Assembly (NCBI GenBank): GCA_027491075.1
Contig: JAIXWX010000016.1
Location: forward strand, 22,582 to 86,581
DNA: 64,000 nt
Reading direction: 5' to 3'
Source of the DNA: Flavobacteriales bacterium
GTDB lineage: Bacteria > Bacteroidota > Bacteroidia > Flavobacteriales_D > Sanyastnellaceae
The notes beneath the pieces were generated by a model. It saw only the letters and a program-made list of their open reading frames with translations, was not told the DNA's origin and ran no database searches. Position 1 is the first letter of the stretch; each line of letters starts with the position of its first letter. This document shows, piece by piece, positions 26,131 through 34,815 of this stretch. The translations under genes were made by a program, and so were the position numbers.

Positions 26131-27024
26131 TTGCATACACAGACTCTCATCGTGAAGTACAGACTTTTCAAAACAGAAGGCAGCACCATTTCTTCATTTT
26201 CTACCGTTGTAGGAATCACCCTTGTATTGACCATGGTGGGACTTTTGCTCATTTTTCTTCTTGTCGCCAACTCCGTTACTCGACACTTCCGCGAACAACT
26301 CACGGTACAGCTTTTTATAAAAGAAGGTGTCCCCGAAGATCAAATTCTATTTTTCAAAAAAGAAATTGAATCAAAAGATTACTCCGGAGAAGTTAATTAC
26401 GTCTCCGCTGAGCAGGCTGCTCAAATCATGCAAGAGCAAATAGGAGAAGAGTTTGTCGACTTCTTGGGCTACAATCCCTTACTCGCTTCCATCGATATAA
26501 AAATAGACCCGGAATACGCCGCACTCGATAGCCTGGAATCCAAAATCGCAGACATTTCAACAAACTCTATTGTAGACAGCGTGGAATATCAAAAAGACCT
26601 GCTCCAAAAAGTAAATGAAAACATTGGGAAGTGGGGACTTGGGCTGCTGGTAATAGGAGTGCTGTTCCTCATTATCGCGGTTGTATTAATTGTCAACACT
26701 ATTGAACTGGCCATTTTCTCTCAACGATTCATTATCAAATCGATGCAGCTTGTTGGAGCCACTCATTGGTTCATACAAAAACCGTTTTTGAAAAAAGGAC
26801 TTTATTTTGGGCTCTTGGGAAGCATTTTCGCTCTAGCAATCCTTTCAGGAACGCTCTTGTATTTGCGCGAACCCTTGGCCGATGTCATTGACATCCTTTC
26901 AGCAGACAACCGATTCCTGTATCTACTCTTCGCCGTGCCTCTTACGGGACTTTTCGTTTCGTGGCTTGCAACAGCATACGCTGTCAGGAGGTTCGTAAAG
27001 TTGCAACAGAGCGATCTCTACTAA
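26131..27024 (+). CDS. ftsX: cell-division FtsX-like permease
   Basis: It has four TM segments, a periplasmic domain after TM1, and the typical C-terminal FtsX fold. There is no ATG at the N-terminus, so the start is TTG 26131 or GTG 26152. No ftsE gene is adjacent. Confidence 0.8.
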   Translation: MHTQTLIVKYRLFKTEGSTISSFSTVVGITLVLTMVGLLLIFLLVANSVTRHFREQLTVQLFIKEGVPEDQILFFKKEIESKDYSGEVNYVSAEQAAQIMQEQIGEEFVDFLGYNPLLASIDIKIDPEYAALDSLESKIADISTNSIVDSVEYQKDLLQKVNENIGKWGLGLLVIGVLFLIIAVVLIVNTIELAIFSQRFIIKSMQLVGATHWFIQKPFLKKGLYFGLLGSIFALAILSGTLLYLREPLADVIDILSADNRFLYLLFAVPLTGLFVSWLATAYAVRRFVKLQQSDLY

Positions 27025-27190
27025 TCCGTTAATCCAATAATTCTTGCCGTTCACGCCAGATTTAGGACAGTTCTCCTATTCCTAGACAATAAATAATATC
27101 CAGAATGAGATATTAGCCCTGATTTGGCATTCCAAGTTTAATTTATTGTTTCCGCAGAACTTCTTTCACCAAGTGTATGAGAAGTTTTAT

Positions 27191-27198
27191 TAAGTTTG
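27191..27198 (+). promoter_or_regulatory. -7 box TAAGTTTG upstream of exbB
   Basis: This is an exact TAnnTTTG ending 63 nt before the exbB ATG. Confidence 0.35.
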
Positions 27199-27261
27199 GC
27201 GGCCTATAAAAAACCCAATCCAAATTTTTAATTGTAACAACCTTAAAAAATCGAAAGTGTT

Positions 27262-28068
27262 ATGAGCAAACAGCAACAGAAGTCTGGCAGTGATTTAAGC
27301 TCGATCTTCCCGTACATCGCAATTCCTATTGCGTTGATCGTCGGTATTCTCCTTTACATGTTTGTACTTGGAAATCCCGCCAACTTTGAAGGTGGCGACC
27401 CTGTAAAAGGACACCCCTTAAATGCCCTAGGTACTGTCCACAAAGGAGGTTTCATTGTACCAATCCTCATCACCGTTAACTTGGTGGTTATCATTTTCGC
27501 TTTCGAGCGCTTTATTAGCCTTGCAAAAGCAAGAGGTAAAGGAAGTGTTGATGGATTTATCCGCAACGTTCGCGGAATGCTTAACAATGGTAGAATCGAT
27601 GACGCTATTGCAGCATGCGATAAGCAAAAAGGTTCTGTAGCAAACGTTCTTCGTGCAGGTCTTACCAAATACAAGACACTCGAAACGGTTTCTGGTATGG
27701 ATAAAGAGGCTAAGGTAACGGCTATCAAACAAGAGCTTGAAGAAGCTACTTCACTTGAGCTTCCTATGCTTTCTAAAAACCTTGTTATCTTATCAACGTG
27801 TGCTTCACTTGGGGTACTCGTGGGACTGCTTGGTACCGTTCGTGGTATGATCTCGTCTTTCGAGGCTATGGCGACCGCTGGAGCCCCAGATGCAACTGCT
27901 CTTTCTTTGGGTATCTCTGAAGCCTTGATCAATACCTTCCTTGGTATCTTGGCTTCGGCTATCGCGATCATCCTTTTCAACTTCTTCAGCACTCGTATCG
28001 ATAGCTTGACTTACGGTATCGATGAGGCTGGATTCTCAGTTGCTCAAACGTTCGCTTCAAAGCACTAA
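27262..28068 (+). CDS. exbB: MotA/TolQ/ExbB proton-channel protein
   Basis: It has three TM segments and the C-terminal block GLLGTVRGMISSFEAM...ISEALINTFLGI. It is followed by two ExbD genes and TonB genes. Confidence 0.9.
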   Translation: MSKQQQKSGSDLSSIFPYIAIPIALIVGILLYMFVLGNPANFEGGDPVKGHPLNALGTVHKGGFIVPILITVNLVVIIFAFERFISLAKARGKGSVDGFIRNVRGMLNNGRIDDAIAACDKQKGSVANVLRAGLTKYKTLETVSGMDKEAKVTAIKQELEEATSLELPMLSKNLVILSTCASLGVLVGLLGTVRGMISSFEAMATAGAPDATALSLGISEALINTFLGILASAIAIILFNFFSTRIDSLTYGIDEAGFSVAQTFASKH

Positions 28069-28103
28069 TTCACATAGAGAAACCAATAAATAACTAGTGA
28101 ATT

Positions 28104-28781
28104 ATGCCTAAAGTAAAAATGCCAAAAGGTGCCCCCAGCCTCGACATGACGCCGATGGTGGACTTGGGCTTCCTGTTGGTTACTTTCTTCATCCTTACGG
28201 CGAAGTTTAGGCCTAATGAACCTGTAATTGTAGATACGCCTAAATCAACCTCAGAGCTGGCACTTCCAGAAAAGGTGATTCTCGTGACCATCGACAAAGA
28301 CGGTCGCGTGTTCTTCGACCTGACTGGTAAGGAAATTAAAAAGGCCATGCTCATGGGCATGCTCGAAAGATATCCCAACATCAAGCTTTCTCAAGAAACA
28401 GTAGATCGCTTCGCAGTATTGGGAACATTTGGCCAGCCTCTTGAACGCCTCGACCAATATGTGAAAGGAGATGAGAAAATTCGCGCAGCTCTCGATAAAA
28501 GAGAAGATGCAGGAATTCCGCTCGACTCTCTCAATAATCAATTGGGCGACTGGATTCAAGAAGGTTATGAAGCGTTTATGGTAGATGCACAAAATAAAGG
28601 CTTTACAATTGCTCAACTCCGAGACAAAGAAGGATTGAGATATGCAATTAAAGCCGATGGTGCTACCGACTACGATAAGGTGGAAAAAGTAATCGACGTA
28701 TTTAGAGATAAAAACATTTTCCAATTCAACATGGTCACCAGCATGGAGTCCGGTGATGAAGTGGAAACTGCAGCTGAGTAA
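28104..28781 (+). CDS. exbD: ExbD/TolR family biopolymer transport protein (long form)
   Basis: It has the N-terminal signature LDMTPMVDLGFLLVTFFIL. At 225 aa it carries an extended C-terminal domain. Confidence 0.85.
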   Translation: MPKVKMPKGAPSLDMTPMVDLGFLLVTFFILTAKFRPNEPVIVDTPKSTSELALPEKVILVTIDKDGRVFFDLTGKEIKKAMLMGMLERYPNIKLSQETVDRFAVLGTFGQPLERLDQYVKGDEKIRAALDKREDAGIPLDSLNNQLGDWIQEGYEAFMVDAQNKGFTIAQLRDKEGLRYAIKADGATDYDKVEKVIDVFRDKNIFQFNMVTSMESGDEVETAAE

Positions 28782-28807
28782 CCCACAACCCCAAAAAACG
28801 ATTTGAA

Positions 28808-29446
28808 ATGGCAGAAATAATTCAGAACGAAGGCGGTGGTGGTAAACACCAAAAGAAAAGAGCCAAAAAAGGACACGTGCACATGGACATGACACCCATG
28901 GTTGACCTTGCGTTCCTCCTTTTGACGTTCTTCATCTTGGCAACATCACTCAGTAAGCCGAAAACAATGGAAATCATCTACCCTAAAGAAGTAAAGGAAG
29001 ATGATGTTAAAACCAAAGTTGCTGACGAACTCGCTACAACGCTCCTCATTGGTGAAGAAGATGAACACATCTTCTATTACAGTGGAAAGTTTAAGCCTGA
29101 TTCAACCGTGCTTGTTCAAACCAATTTTTCTAAAGATGGTCTTCGCAAAGTTCTTTTGGATAAAAATCAAAGAATCAACGATCAAGTAACCATCCTCAAA
29201 GAGAAGTTATTGAATAAGGAAATCAACGATAGTACCTACGCTAGAGCGTATGGTAAAGTAGTAAATGATTCATTGGCTCCTTTCGTTATTGTAAAAACAA
29301 TAGAAAAGTCCAAGTTTAGAAATGTCGTAAATGCGATCGATGAACTCAATATCACGAATGTGAAAAAAAGAGCAATCATCGATATGGGCGAAAGTGAAAA
29401 CATCGCCATGCGTCAAAGAATCGTTGAACTCGGATTAAAAAAATAA
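28808..29446 (+). CDS. exbD: ExbD/TolR family biopolymer transport protein (second paralog)
   Basis: It has the signature MDMTPMVDLAFLLLTFFIL and is 212 aa long. Confidence 0.85.
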   Translation: MAEIIQNEGGGGKHQKKRAKKGHVHMDMTPMVDLAFLLLTFFILATSLSKPKTMEIIYPKEVKEDDVKTKVADELATTLLIGEEDEHIFYYSGKFKPDSTVLVQTNFSKDGLRKVLLDKNQRINDQVTILKEKLLNKEINDSTYARAYGKVVNDSLAPFVIVKTIEKSKFRNVVNAIDELNITNVKKRAIIDMGESENIAMRQRIVELGLKK

Positions 29447-29511
29447 TTGAAGATTGAACGTCGGATGCCCTCACGGGTACCGCCGTTTATTAACTCACTA
29501 AAATCACGCCT

Positions 29512-30375
29512 ATGACATCCCTGATAGTCATAATTATCATTGCAGCGGTTATCACAGCCATCGGTTTTGAAGGCGGTTGGAATAACCTCATCAGTGGTAC
29601 GCGTAACAATCTTGTTTTTGAAAATAAAAACAAAGAATATGGCGCTTACCAAATTCGCAAAGGATATGCGCGTGTGTTGGCTCTTTCTCTATTAATCACT
29701 GTCGGTATCGCTACCTCCGTTGCTGTTGCTCCTTTAATTCTTGCTAAGAGCAAAGAAATGGCAGACGACGCACCGGTTGAAGTGAACGTAGAAATGATCG
29801 CGCCACCACCCACCGATCCCAACGAACCCCCTCCTCCTCCGCCACCACCACCGCCACCACCGCCACCGCCCACCATCAAGCAGATTCAGTTTACAACCAT
29901 CGAGGTAACTGAAGAAGAGGTTTTGGATCCCCCTCCCGCTCAAGAAGAGTTGGAGAACCAAAATCTGGGTGAGCAAGACGTGGAAGGTGAAGATGGACTT
30001 ATGGCTCCATCTGAACCATCTGGACCTGCTGTGATTGAAGAACCGAAAGAGGAAGAAATTGTCGCTTTCGTTCAACAAGAACCAGAATATCCAGGCGGTA
30101 TTCAGAAGCTTTACGAGGAAATTTACAACAGCATTACGTACCCTGAAATGGAGAAAGAAAACAACGTTCAAGGTACTGTTTATATCAGCTTTGTTGTAGA
30201 AAAATCAGGAAACATTACGGACATCAAAGTAGAAAGAGGTGTTCAAAATGGTCCTAACCTAGGTAAAGAAGCAGAAAAAGCAGTTAGAAAGTTAAAGCCT
30301 TTCAAGCCTGCACAAATGAATGGTAAGTCTGTGCGATACAGATACAGAATGCCAATCAAGTTTACTTTAAAATAA
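29512..30375 (+). CDS. tonB: TonB-family energy transducer with poly-Pro spacer
   Basis: It has an N-terminal TM anchor and a run of 15 Pro codons. The C-terminal TonB_C domain reads PEYPGG...EGTVYISFVVEKSGNITDIKV. Confidence 0.85.
   Translation: MTSLIVIIIIAAVITAIGFEGGWNNLISGTRNNLVFENKNKEYGAYQIRKGYARVLALSLLITVGIATSVAVAPLILAKSKEMADDAPVEVNVEMIAPPPTDPNEPPPPPPPPPPPPPPPTIKQIQFTTIEVTEEEVLDPPPAQEELENQNLGEQDVEGEDGLMAPSEPSGPAVIEEPKEEEIVAFVQQEPEYPGGIQKLYEEIYNSITYPEMEKENNVQGTVYISFVVEKSGNITDIKVERGVQNGPNLGKEAEKAVRKLKPFKPAQMNGKSVRYRYRMPIKFTLK
29827..29871 (+). repeat. 15 consecutive proline codons (CCN)15
   Basis: I counted the codons directly: ccc cct cct cct ccg cca cca cca ccg cca cca ccg cca ccg ccc. 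Confidence 0.9.
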
Positions 30376-30400
30376 AAAGCTTCTACAGAAAAGATAAAAA

Positions 30401-30430
30401 GCCCTCCTTCATAAAGGGGGGCTTTTTTTT
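30401..30430 (+). terminator. rho-independent terminator GCCCTCCTT-CATA-AAGGGGGGC followed by T8
   Basis: The 9-bp stem (one G-T pair) is followed by TTTTTTTT. It lies 26 nt after the first tonB stop. Confidence 0.7.
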
Positions 30431-30524
30431 GACTTGTAATTATTCGCAATTTCTTTCTATCAATGGGGTAGGGTAAATGTATTTTCCACCCTCTTCCGGC
30501 CGTTAGCGATGAAAATAAACCACT

Positions 30525-31385
30525 ATGGCACTAATTATTTCCATCATCGCAGCACTCTTCGCTTTTGTTCTTGCAATTGACCTCTCTTGGTCCAATCTTC
30601 TCAGCACCCACAGAAACAACATTGTATTCGAAGGGCGATTCAAAGAATACGGCGCTTATAAACTGAGAAGAGAAAATCACAAATCGATTCTGATGGCAAT
30701 GTTCCTCACCTTCGGATTTGTAACGATCTCTTCTATCCTACTCATTCCTGATGAAATAAAGAAGCAAATTCCTTTTTTACAAGACATCTCTATTCCGATG
30801 ACATTGCCTCCGCTGGAAAACATCATTGAGTCCAACAAACAGGAGGCATCCAACACTAAAAAAAGTGACAATACTTCCTCATCAAACAGTGAGTCTTCGC
30901 AAAAAGGAAACGCTACCCCGATTGTCTCAGAAACTGCTGCTGCTGCTGCTATCCAACCCACAGGAGGCACTCCAACGGGTGAAGAAGAACTGCATACTCC
31001 TTCGGACCCGACCGTCGGAGAAAAAGGCAAGGGAAACGGCGTCGATTCTTCTCAAAAAGCACTCATCATTCATGATTTTACAGAGTTCGCTCCACAATTT
31101 CCTGGCGGAGAAAATGCGTTTCAGGAATACATTAGATCACATATAGAATACCCAGAGTGGGAAAAAAGCCAAGGACGAGGAGGGCGCTTGTACATGACCT
31201 TCGTAGTGCTCCCCGATGGCAGCATCGATTATATAAGCACTGTTCGTGGCTTCCAGGGAAGCCAGCCTTTCGAAAAAGAAGCAAAACGGGCTCTAAAAAA
31301 CATGCCCAAGTGGACCCCTGGAAAAATGGGCGCAAAACCAGTGGCGGTGCGATTGAACATTCCATTGGATTTTCAAGTCCGTTAA
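30525..31385 (+). CDS. tonB: TonB-family protein, second tandem paralog with Ser/Thr/Ala-rich linker
   Basis: Its N-terminus is homologous to the first TonB (SNLLSTHRNNIVFEGRFKEYGAYKLRR versus NNLISGTRNNLVFENKNKEYGAYQIRK). The C-terminal TonB_C domain reads PQFPGG...GGRLYMTFVVLPDGS. Confidence 0.8.
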   Translation: MALIISIIAALFAFVLAIDLSWSNLLSTHRNNIVFEGRFKEYGAYKLRRENHKSILMAMFLTFGFVTISSILLIPDEIKKQIPFLQDISIPMTLPPLENIIESNKQEASNTKKSDNTSSSNSESSQKGNATPIVSETAAAAAIQPTGGTPTGEEELHTPSDPTVGEKGKGNGVDSSQKALIIHDFTEFAPQFPGGENAFQEYIRSHIEYPEWEKSQGRGGRLYMTFVVLPDGSIDYISTVRGFQGSQPFEKEAKRALKNMPKWTPGKMGAKPVAVRLNIPLDFQVR

Positions 31386-31434
31386 CACGCTTTTTCGCAG
31401 TTCAATCAACTTCTATGACTAATTTCGCGGTCCC

Positions 31435-31647
31435 ATGACAAAGGTATCACTCGTTCTCGGACTCATTCTCGTTCCCTTGTTACTATTAATGGGTTTCTTG
31501 GCACTGTTTACAGACGTTCTTCACGAACATGTAAACGGCCCGAATAAGCTCGTTCTAGGCATCATCGTGATACTTTATGCCATTTGGCGATCGGTTAGGT
31601 TATACAAACTTTTTCAATTTCATAAAGAACAAAAAAGACATGATTAG
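31435..31647 (+). CDS. 70-aa two-TM membrane protein, hypothetical
   Basis: It has two hydrophobic helices (LVLGLILVPLLLLMGFLALF and LVLGIIVILYAIW). The stop overlaps the ATG of the downstream PstS-like gene by 8 nt. Confidence 0.5.
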   Translation: MTKVSLVLGLILVPLLLLMGFLALFTDVLHEHVNGPNKLVLGIIVILYAIWRSVRLYKLFQFHKEQKRHD

Positions 31648-32569
31648 AATCGCCCTGCTATGTTTCGTACTTCTGCTCGCAGCAGGATGCGGAAACTATG
31701 ACCTCAACAAAGATGGCATTTCCACAGGAAAACTAAAAGTGGGCGTGGACAACAGTTACTCGTTGATGATGGATTCCCAAATCTTTGTTTTCAAAGAGCT
31801 TTATAAACACGCCGACGTCATTCCCTCTTATGCGCCAGAAGGCGATGTCATACAAGCATTACTAGACGATTCCATTCAGGCTGCAGTGATTTGTCGCCCT
31901 CTCAATGAAAAGGAAATGGATTACTTCAAAAGCAAACAACGTTTTCCTGAATCAACAAAAATCGCTATTGATGCTGTTGCATTTATCGTGCATCCAGACA
32001 ACAAAGACACAGTATTCACCATGCAACAATTGACAGATGTTTTTGCAGGAAAGAGCACAACATGGAAATCCGCCACCGGCACAGGCGCGGAGGCTCCCAT
32101 CAATATTGTTTTTGATAATGCAAAAAGTTGCAACGAGCGAACCATTCGCGAAAAGCTTCTCAATAATGCACCCCTACCTGCCAATTGCTACGCCGTGTCG
32201 AACAATGAGGAAGTAATTAAATATGTGTCTGAAAACAAAAACGCTCTTGGAGTGATTAGTGTTAGTTGGATCAGTGACAAAGACGACCCCACAGCACAAT
32301 CATTTCTCGATAAAATAAAAGTTGTAGGATTGATTGACAGCACCAATGAAATGCGCCCTACACTTCCCAGAAGACCTTTTCAATCCTATGTTTTTGATGA
32401 GACTTATCCTTTGCGCCGCGAGGTATATTTCATTCGCACAGGACTAAAGGGAACCCTTGGCACAGGCTTTGCCTCGTTCCTCGCCGGAGAAAAGGGTCAA
32501 CTCATCATTCACAAAATGGGAATGGTTGCCGCCAACGCTCCGACCAGAACCGTAAAAATCACAGATTAA
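31640..32569 (+). CDS. PstS-family (PBP-like_2) substrate-binding lipoprotein
   Basis: The lipobox LLLAAGC follows the ATG at 31640. It has a type-2 periplasmic binding fold (VDAVAFIVHPDN...). This is the conserved position after TonB in the Bacteroidota ExbBD-TonB cluster. Confidence 0.85.
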   Translation: MIRIALLCFVLLLAAGCGNYDLNKDGISTGKLKVGVDNSYSLMMDSQIFVFKELYKHADVIPSYAPEGDVIQALLDDSIQAAVICRPLNEKEMDYFKSKQRFPESTKIAIDAVAFIVHPDNKDTVFTMQQLTDVFAGKSTTWKSATGTGAEAPINIVFDNAKSCNERTIREKLLNNAPLPANCYAVSNNEEVIKYVSENKNALGVISVSWISDKDDPTAQSFLDKIKVVGLIDSTNEMRPTLPRRPFQSYVFDETYPLRREVYFIRTGLKGTLGTGFASFLAGEKGQLIIHKMGMVAANAPTRTVKITD

Positions 32570-32595
32570 TTTTGACTTTTAGATCCCGTTATAAA

Positions 32596-34281
32596 ATGAA
32601 ACAATTTTTTGCTTTTCTTGGTGTATTCATCACCACCCTTTCGTTCGCACAAACCAAAGAAGCGGCCGTGGTAAAAACCATGAACGAACGCTATGAGTTA
32701 GCGGCCGCCGAATTCAAGAAATTAATTGCCGCTAACCCAGCGGATGGAGACTTGTACTTCTATGCCGGTGACAATTATCTCTATTGGGGAATTATAGATT
32801 CTTCCGAAATGATGTTTCGTCAAGGGATTGAAAAATCTCCAGCAAACCCATTAAACTATGTCGGGTTGGGAAGAATCGGCTGGATCAAAGGCAACGAAGC
32901 GCTCAATACTGCGCAATATGCTAAAGCCATTGAAATTATGTCTACAAAGTCAAACAAAGTAGACAAGAAAATTCAGCAAATCGGATATCTAAAAATGGCT
33001 GAAACATATGTTCAGGCCGAAAAAAAGAACTTCGAAAAAGCGCTGGAGTATATCAATAAAGCGATCACTTTTAACGAAGCAGACGCTGAAGCGTATGTTC
33101 AACTTGGTGACTACTACCTCACTTCCGAAATGGAAAAAAATGGAAAGTCAGGTATGTTAAACCTGAGTCTCGCACAAACACAATATGCTAAAGCTTCTCA
33201 ACTAAATGCGTCGTACCCTCGTGCCTTGTTGGCTCAAGGAAAGGTACTGGTTCCCGCTAGAAACTGGGACGCCGCATTGGAATACTTTAATAAAGCCATT
33301 GCTGCCGATCCAAACTACGCTCCTGCTTATCGTGAAAAAGCAGAATTGCTTTACAAAGCCGGAAGGAATAATCTTGCTGTAGAAAGCTACGCGAAATATC
33401 TCGAGTTAAACAACAACTGTCGCGTGCAGCAGCGTTATGCAAGTTTCGTTTTTGAAACAAAGGATTACAAAAAAGCAGTAACAGAACTTGAAAAAGCGAC
33501 TCCTTGTAATGCCGAAAACCCATTTATGTATCGCCTTCTCGGATATTCTTATTTCGAAACCGGTGACTTTGCAAAAGGACTTCAAAACATCAACAAGTTC
33601 TTTGATATGGCACAGGCTAAAAATTATCCAAAACTGATCGGAAGCGACTATGCATACAAAGGAAAACTCCTTGCTAAAAACGGGCAAGACTCACTTGGAG
33701 TGCTCACCATTATAAAAGCGATTGAGCTTGACTCTAGCTATACAGAGGGTTATAGCGATGCTGCTGGAATTTATTTCAAAGCAAAAAAGTACAGTGATGC
33801 CGCCAACTTATACGACAAAAAAATCAAGGCTCTTGGCAGTGCTGCCACTCCGCTGGATTACTACTATTTAGGACAAGCTTTGTATTTCAGTAAAGAATAC
33901 CAAAAGTCAGATGCTGCGTTTGCTGTAGCGGTTTCTAAATATCCTGACAGTAATTTCTGGAGAGGGCGTTGCAACTTTAAGCTGGATAATCAAGAAGCAC
34001 CTACTGGATTGGCCAACGAGTTTTTCCACAACTTCGTGAAATACGGATTTACCGACACGAAGACAACGGAGACCAACAAAAAATTTTTGGTTGAGTCATT
34101 GTCGTATTTAGGTTTCTACTATGCTACCCAAAAGAACTTCGATTGCTCCAAATCAGCTTGGGCAAAAGTGTTAGAGCTAGATGCCACCAACGAGAAAGCC
34201 AAGATTGCATTGACCGATGCGGAGATCAGCGCGGCAGTAGGCACGTGTGACATCGTTGCTGGGCCTGCTCCCAAGGAGTAA
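32596..34281 (+). CDS. tetratricopeptide-repeat protein (secreted)
   Basis: The signal peptide MKQFFAFLGVFITTLSFAQ follows the ATG at 32596. It has multiple TPR units (AxxxYxKAIxxDPNY...). Confidence 0.85.
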   Translation: MKQFFAFLGVFITTLSFAQTKEAAVVKTMNERYELAAAEFKKLIAANPADGDLYFYAGDNYLYWGIIDSSEMMFRQGIEKSPANPLNYVGLGRIGWIKGNEALNTAQYAKAIEIMSTKSNKVDKKIQQIGYLKMAETYVQAEKKNFEKALEYINKAITFNEADAEAYVQLGDYYLTSEMEKNGKSGMLNLSLAQTQYAKASQLNASYPRALLAQGKVLVPARNWDAALEYFNKAIAADPNYAPAYREKAELLYKAGRNNLAVESYAKYLELNNNCRVQQRYASFVFETKDYKKAVTELEKATPCNAENPFMYRLLGYSYFETGDFAKGLQNINKFFDMAQAKNYPKLIGSDYAYKGKLLAKNGQDSLGVLTIIKAIELDSSYTEGYSDAAGIYFKAKKYSDAANLYDKKIKALGSAATPLDYYYLGQALYFSKEYQKSDAAFAVAVSKYPDSNFWRGRCNFKLDNQEAPTGLANEFFHNFVKYGFTDTKTTETNKKFLVESLSYLGFYYATQKNFDCSKSAWAKVLELDATNEKAKIALTDAEISAAVGTCDIVAGPAPKE

Positions 34282-34302
34282 TAAATAAGATTAATTAATA
34301 AA

Positions 34303-34339
34303 AGGCTGCCTAGATCTAACTAAGGCAGCCTTTCTTTTT
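34303..34339. terminator. bidirectional terminator AGGCTGCCT-N11-AGGCAGCCT followed by TTCTTTTTTT
   Basis: The 9-bp perfect stem lies between the convergent TPR and XRE genes. Confidence 0.7.
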
Positions 34340-34642
34340 TTACTGCGGACGCTTTTTTCGGTTCTTTCGCTTTACAGCGATAATCTCCTCGACCTCTTCC
34401 ATGCTCACGTGGACAGCAATGTCCAATAAGTTCTGCGGTGGCACATCCAGAAAGATAGCGATCTTCATGAGGGTTAGCAGCGTGATGTTCTTTCCTTGCT
34501 CAATACGGTAGGTATTTGACTTGTCCAGTCCTATATCCTCTCCTAGAGCATCCAGAGTATAGCCCTTGGCTTTTCTGTATCTACGAATGTTCTCCCCGAC
34601 AGCTTTGAGAAAGCGTTTATCAGGTGTCGCGATGTCTCCCAT
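34340..34642 (-). CDS. XRE-family helix-turn-helix transcriptional regulator
   Basis: The HTH_3 signature reads IRRYRKAKGYTLDALGEDIGLDKSNTYRIEQGKNITLLTLMKIA. I prefer the ATG at 34642. Confidence 0.8.
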   Translation of the reverse strand: MGDIATPDKRFLKAVGENIRRYRKAKGYTLDALGEDIGLDKSNTYRIEQGKNITLLTLMKIAIFLDVPPQNLLDIAVHVSMEEVEEIIAVKRKNRKKRPQ

Positions 34643-34652
34643 TACACAAAAA

Positions 34653-34694
34653 AAGTGTGACAAAGACACTTGTTGTTGTGTTTTCTAACAACAA
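34653..34694. promoter_or_regulatory. two adjacent inverted repeats upstream of the XRE gene
   Basis: The repeats are AAGTGT-N7-ACACTT (34653-34671) and TTGTTGTT-N9-AACAACAA (34670-34694). They lie 11-52 nt upstream of the XRE start on the minus strand. Confidence 0.35.
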
Positions 34695-34815
34695 TTTTTA
34701 ACCTCGTGGTGTGACTAACGGGAAATCCAAACCTGAATCATCTACTGTCCTCAAAAAACAGGGATGAGACTTCCTAGAAAATGATGCTTCTATCAATTGA
34801 TAAAGAATCATACTC

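Noticed and set aside
27354-27992. A 212-aa minus-strand ORF lies antisense to exbB. A similar 214-aa ORF (28251..28895) lies antisense to the two exbD genes.
   Set aside because: Both lie entirely within plus-strand genes that have strong family signatures. Their products are low-complexity (Ser/Ala/Pro- or Phe/Cys-rich) with no motifs. They look like typical shadow ORFs.
29646-29879. A 77-aa minus-strand ORF contains a poly-Gly run.
   Set aside because: It is the reverse complement of the poly-Pro spacer of tonB. It is a shadow ORF.
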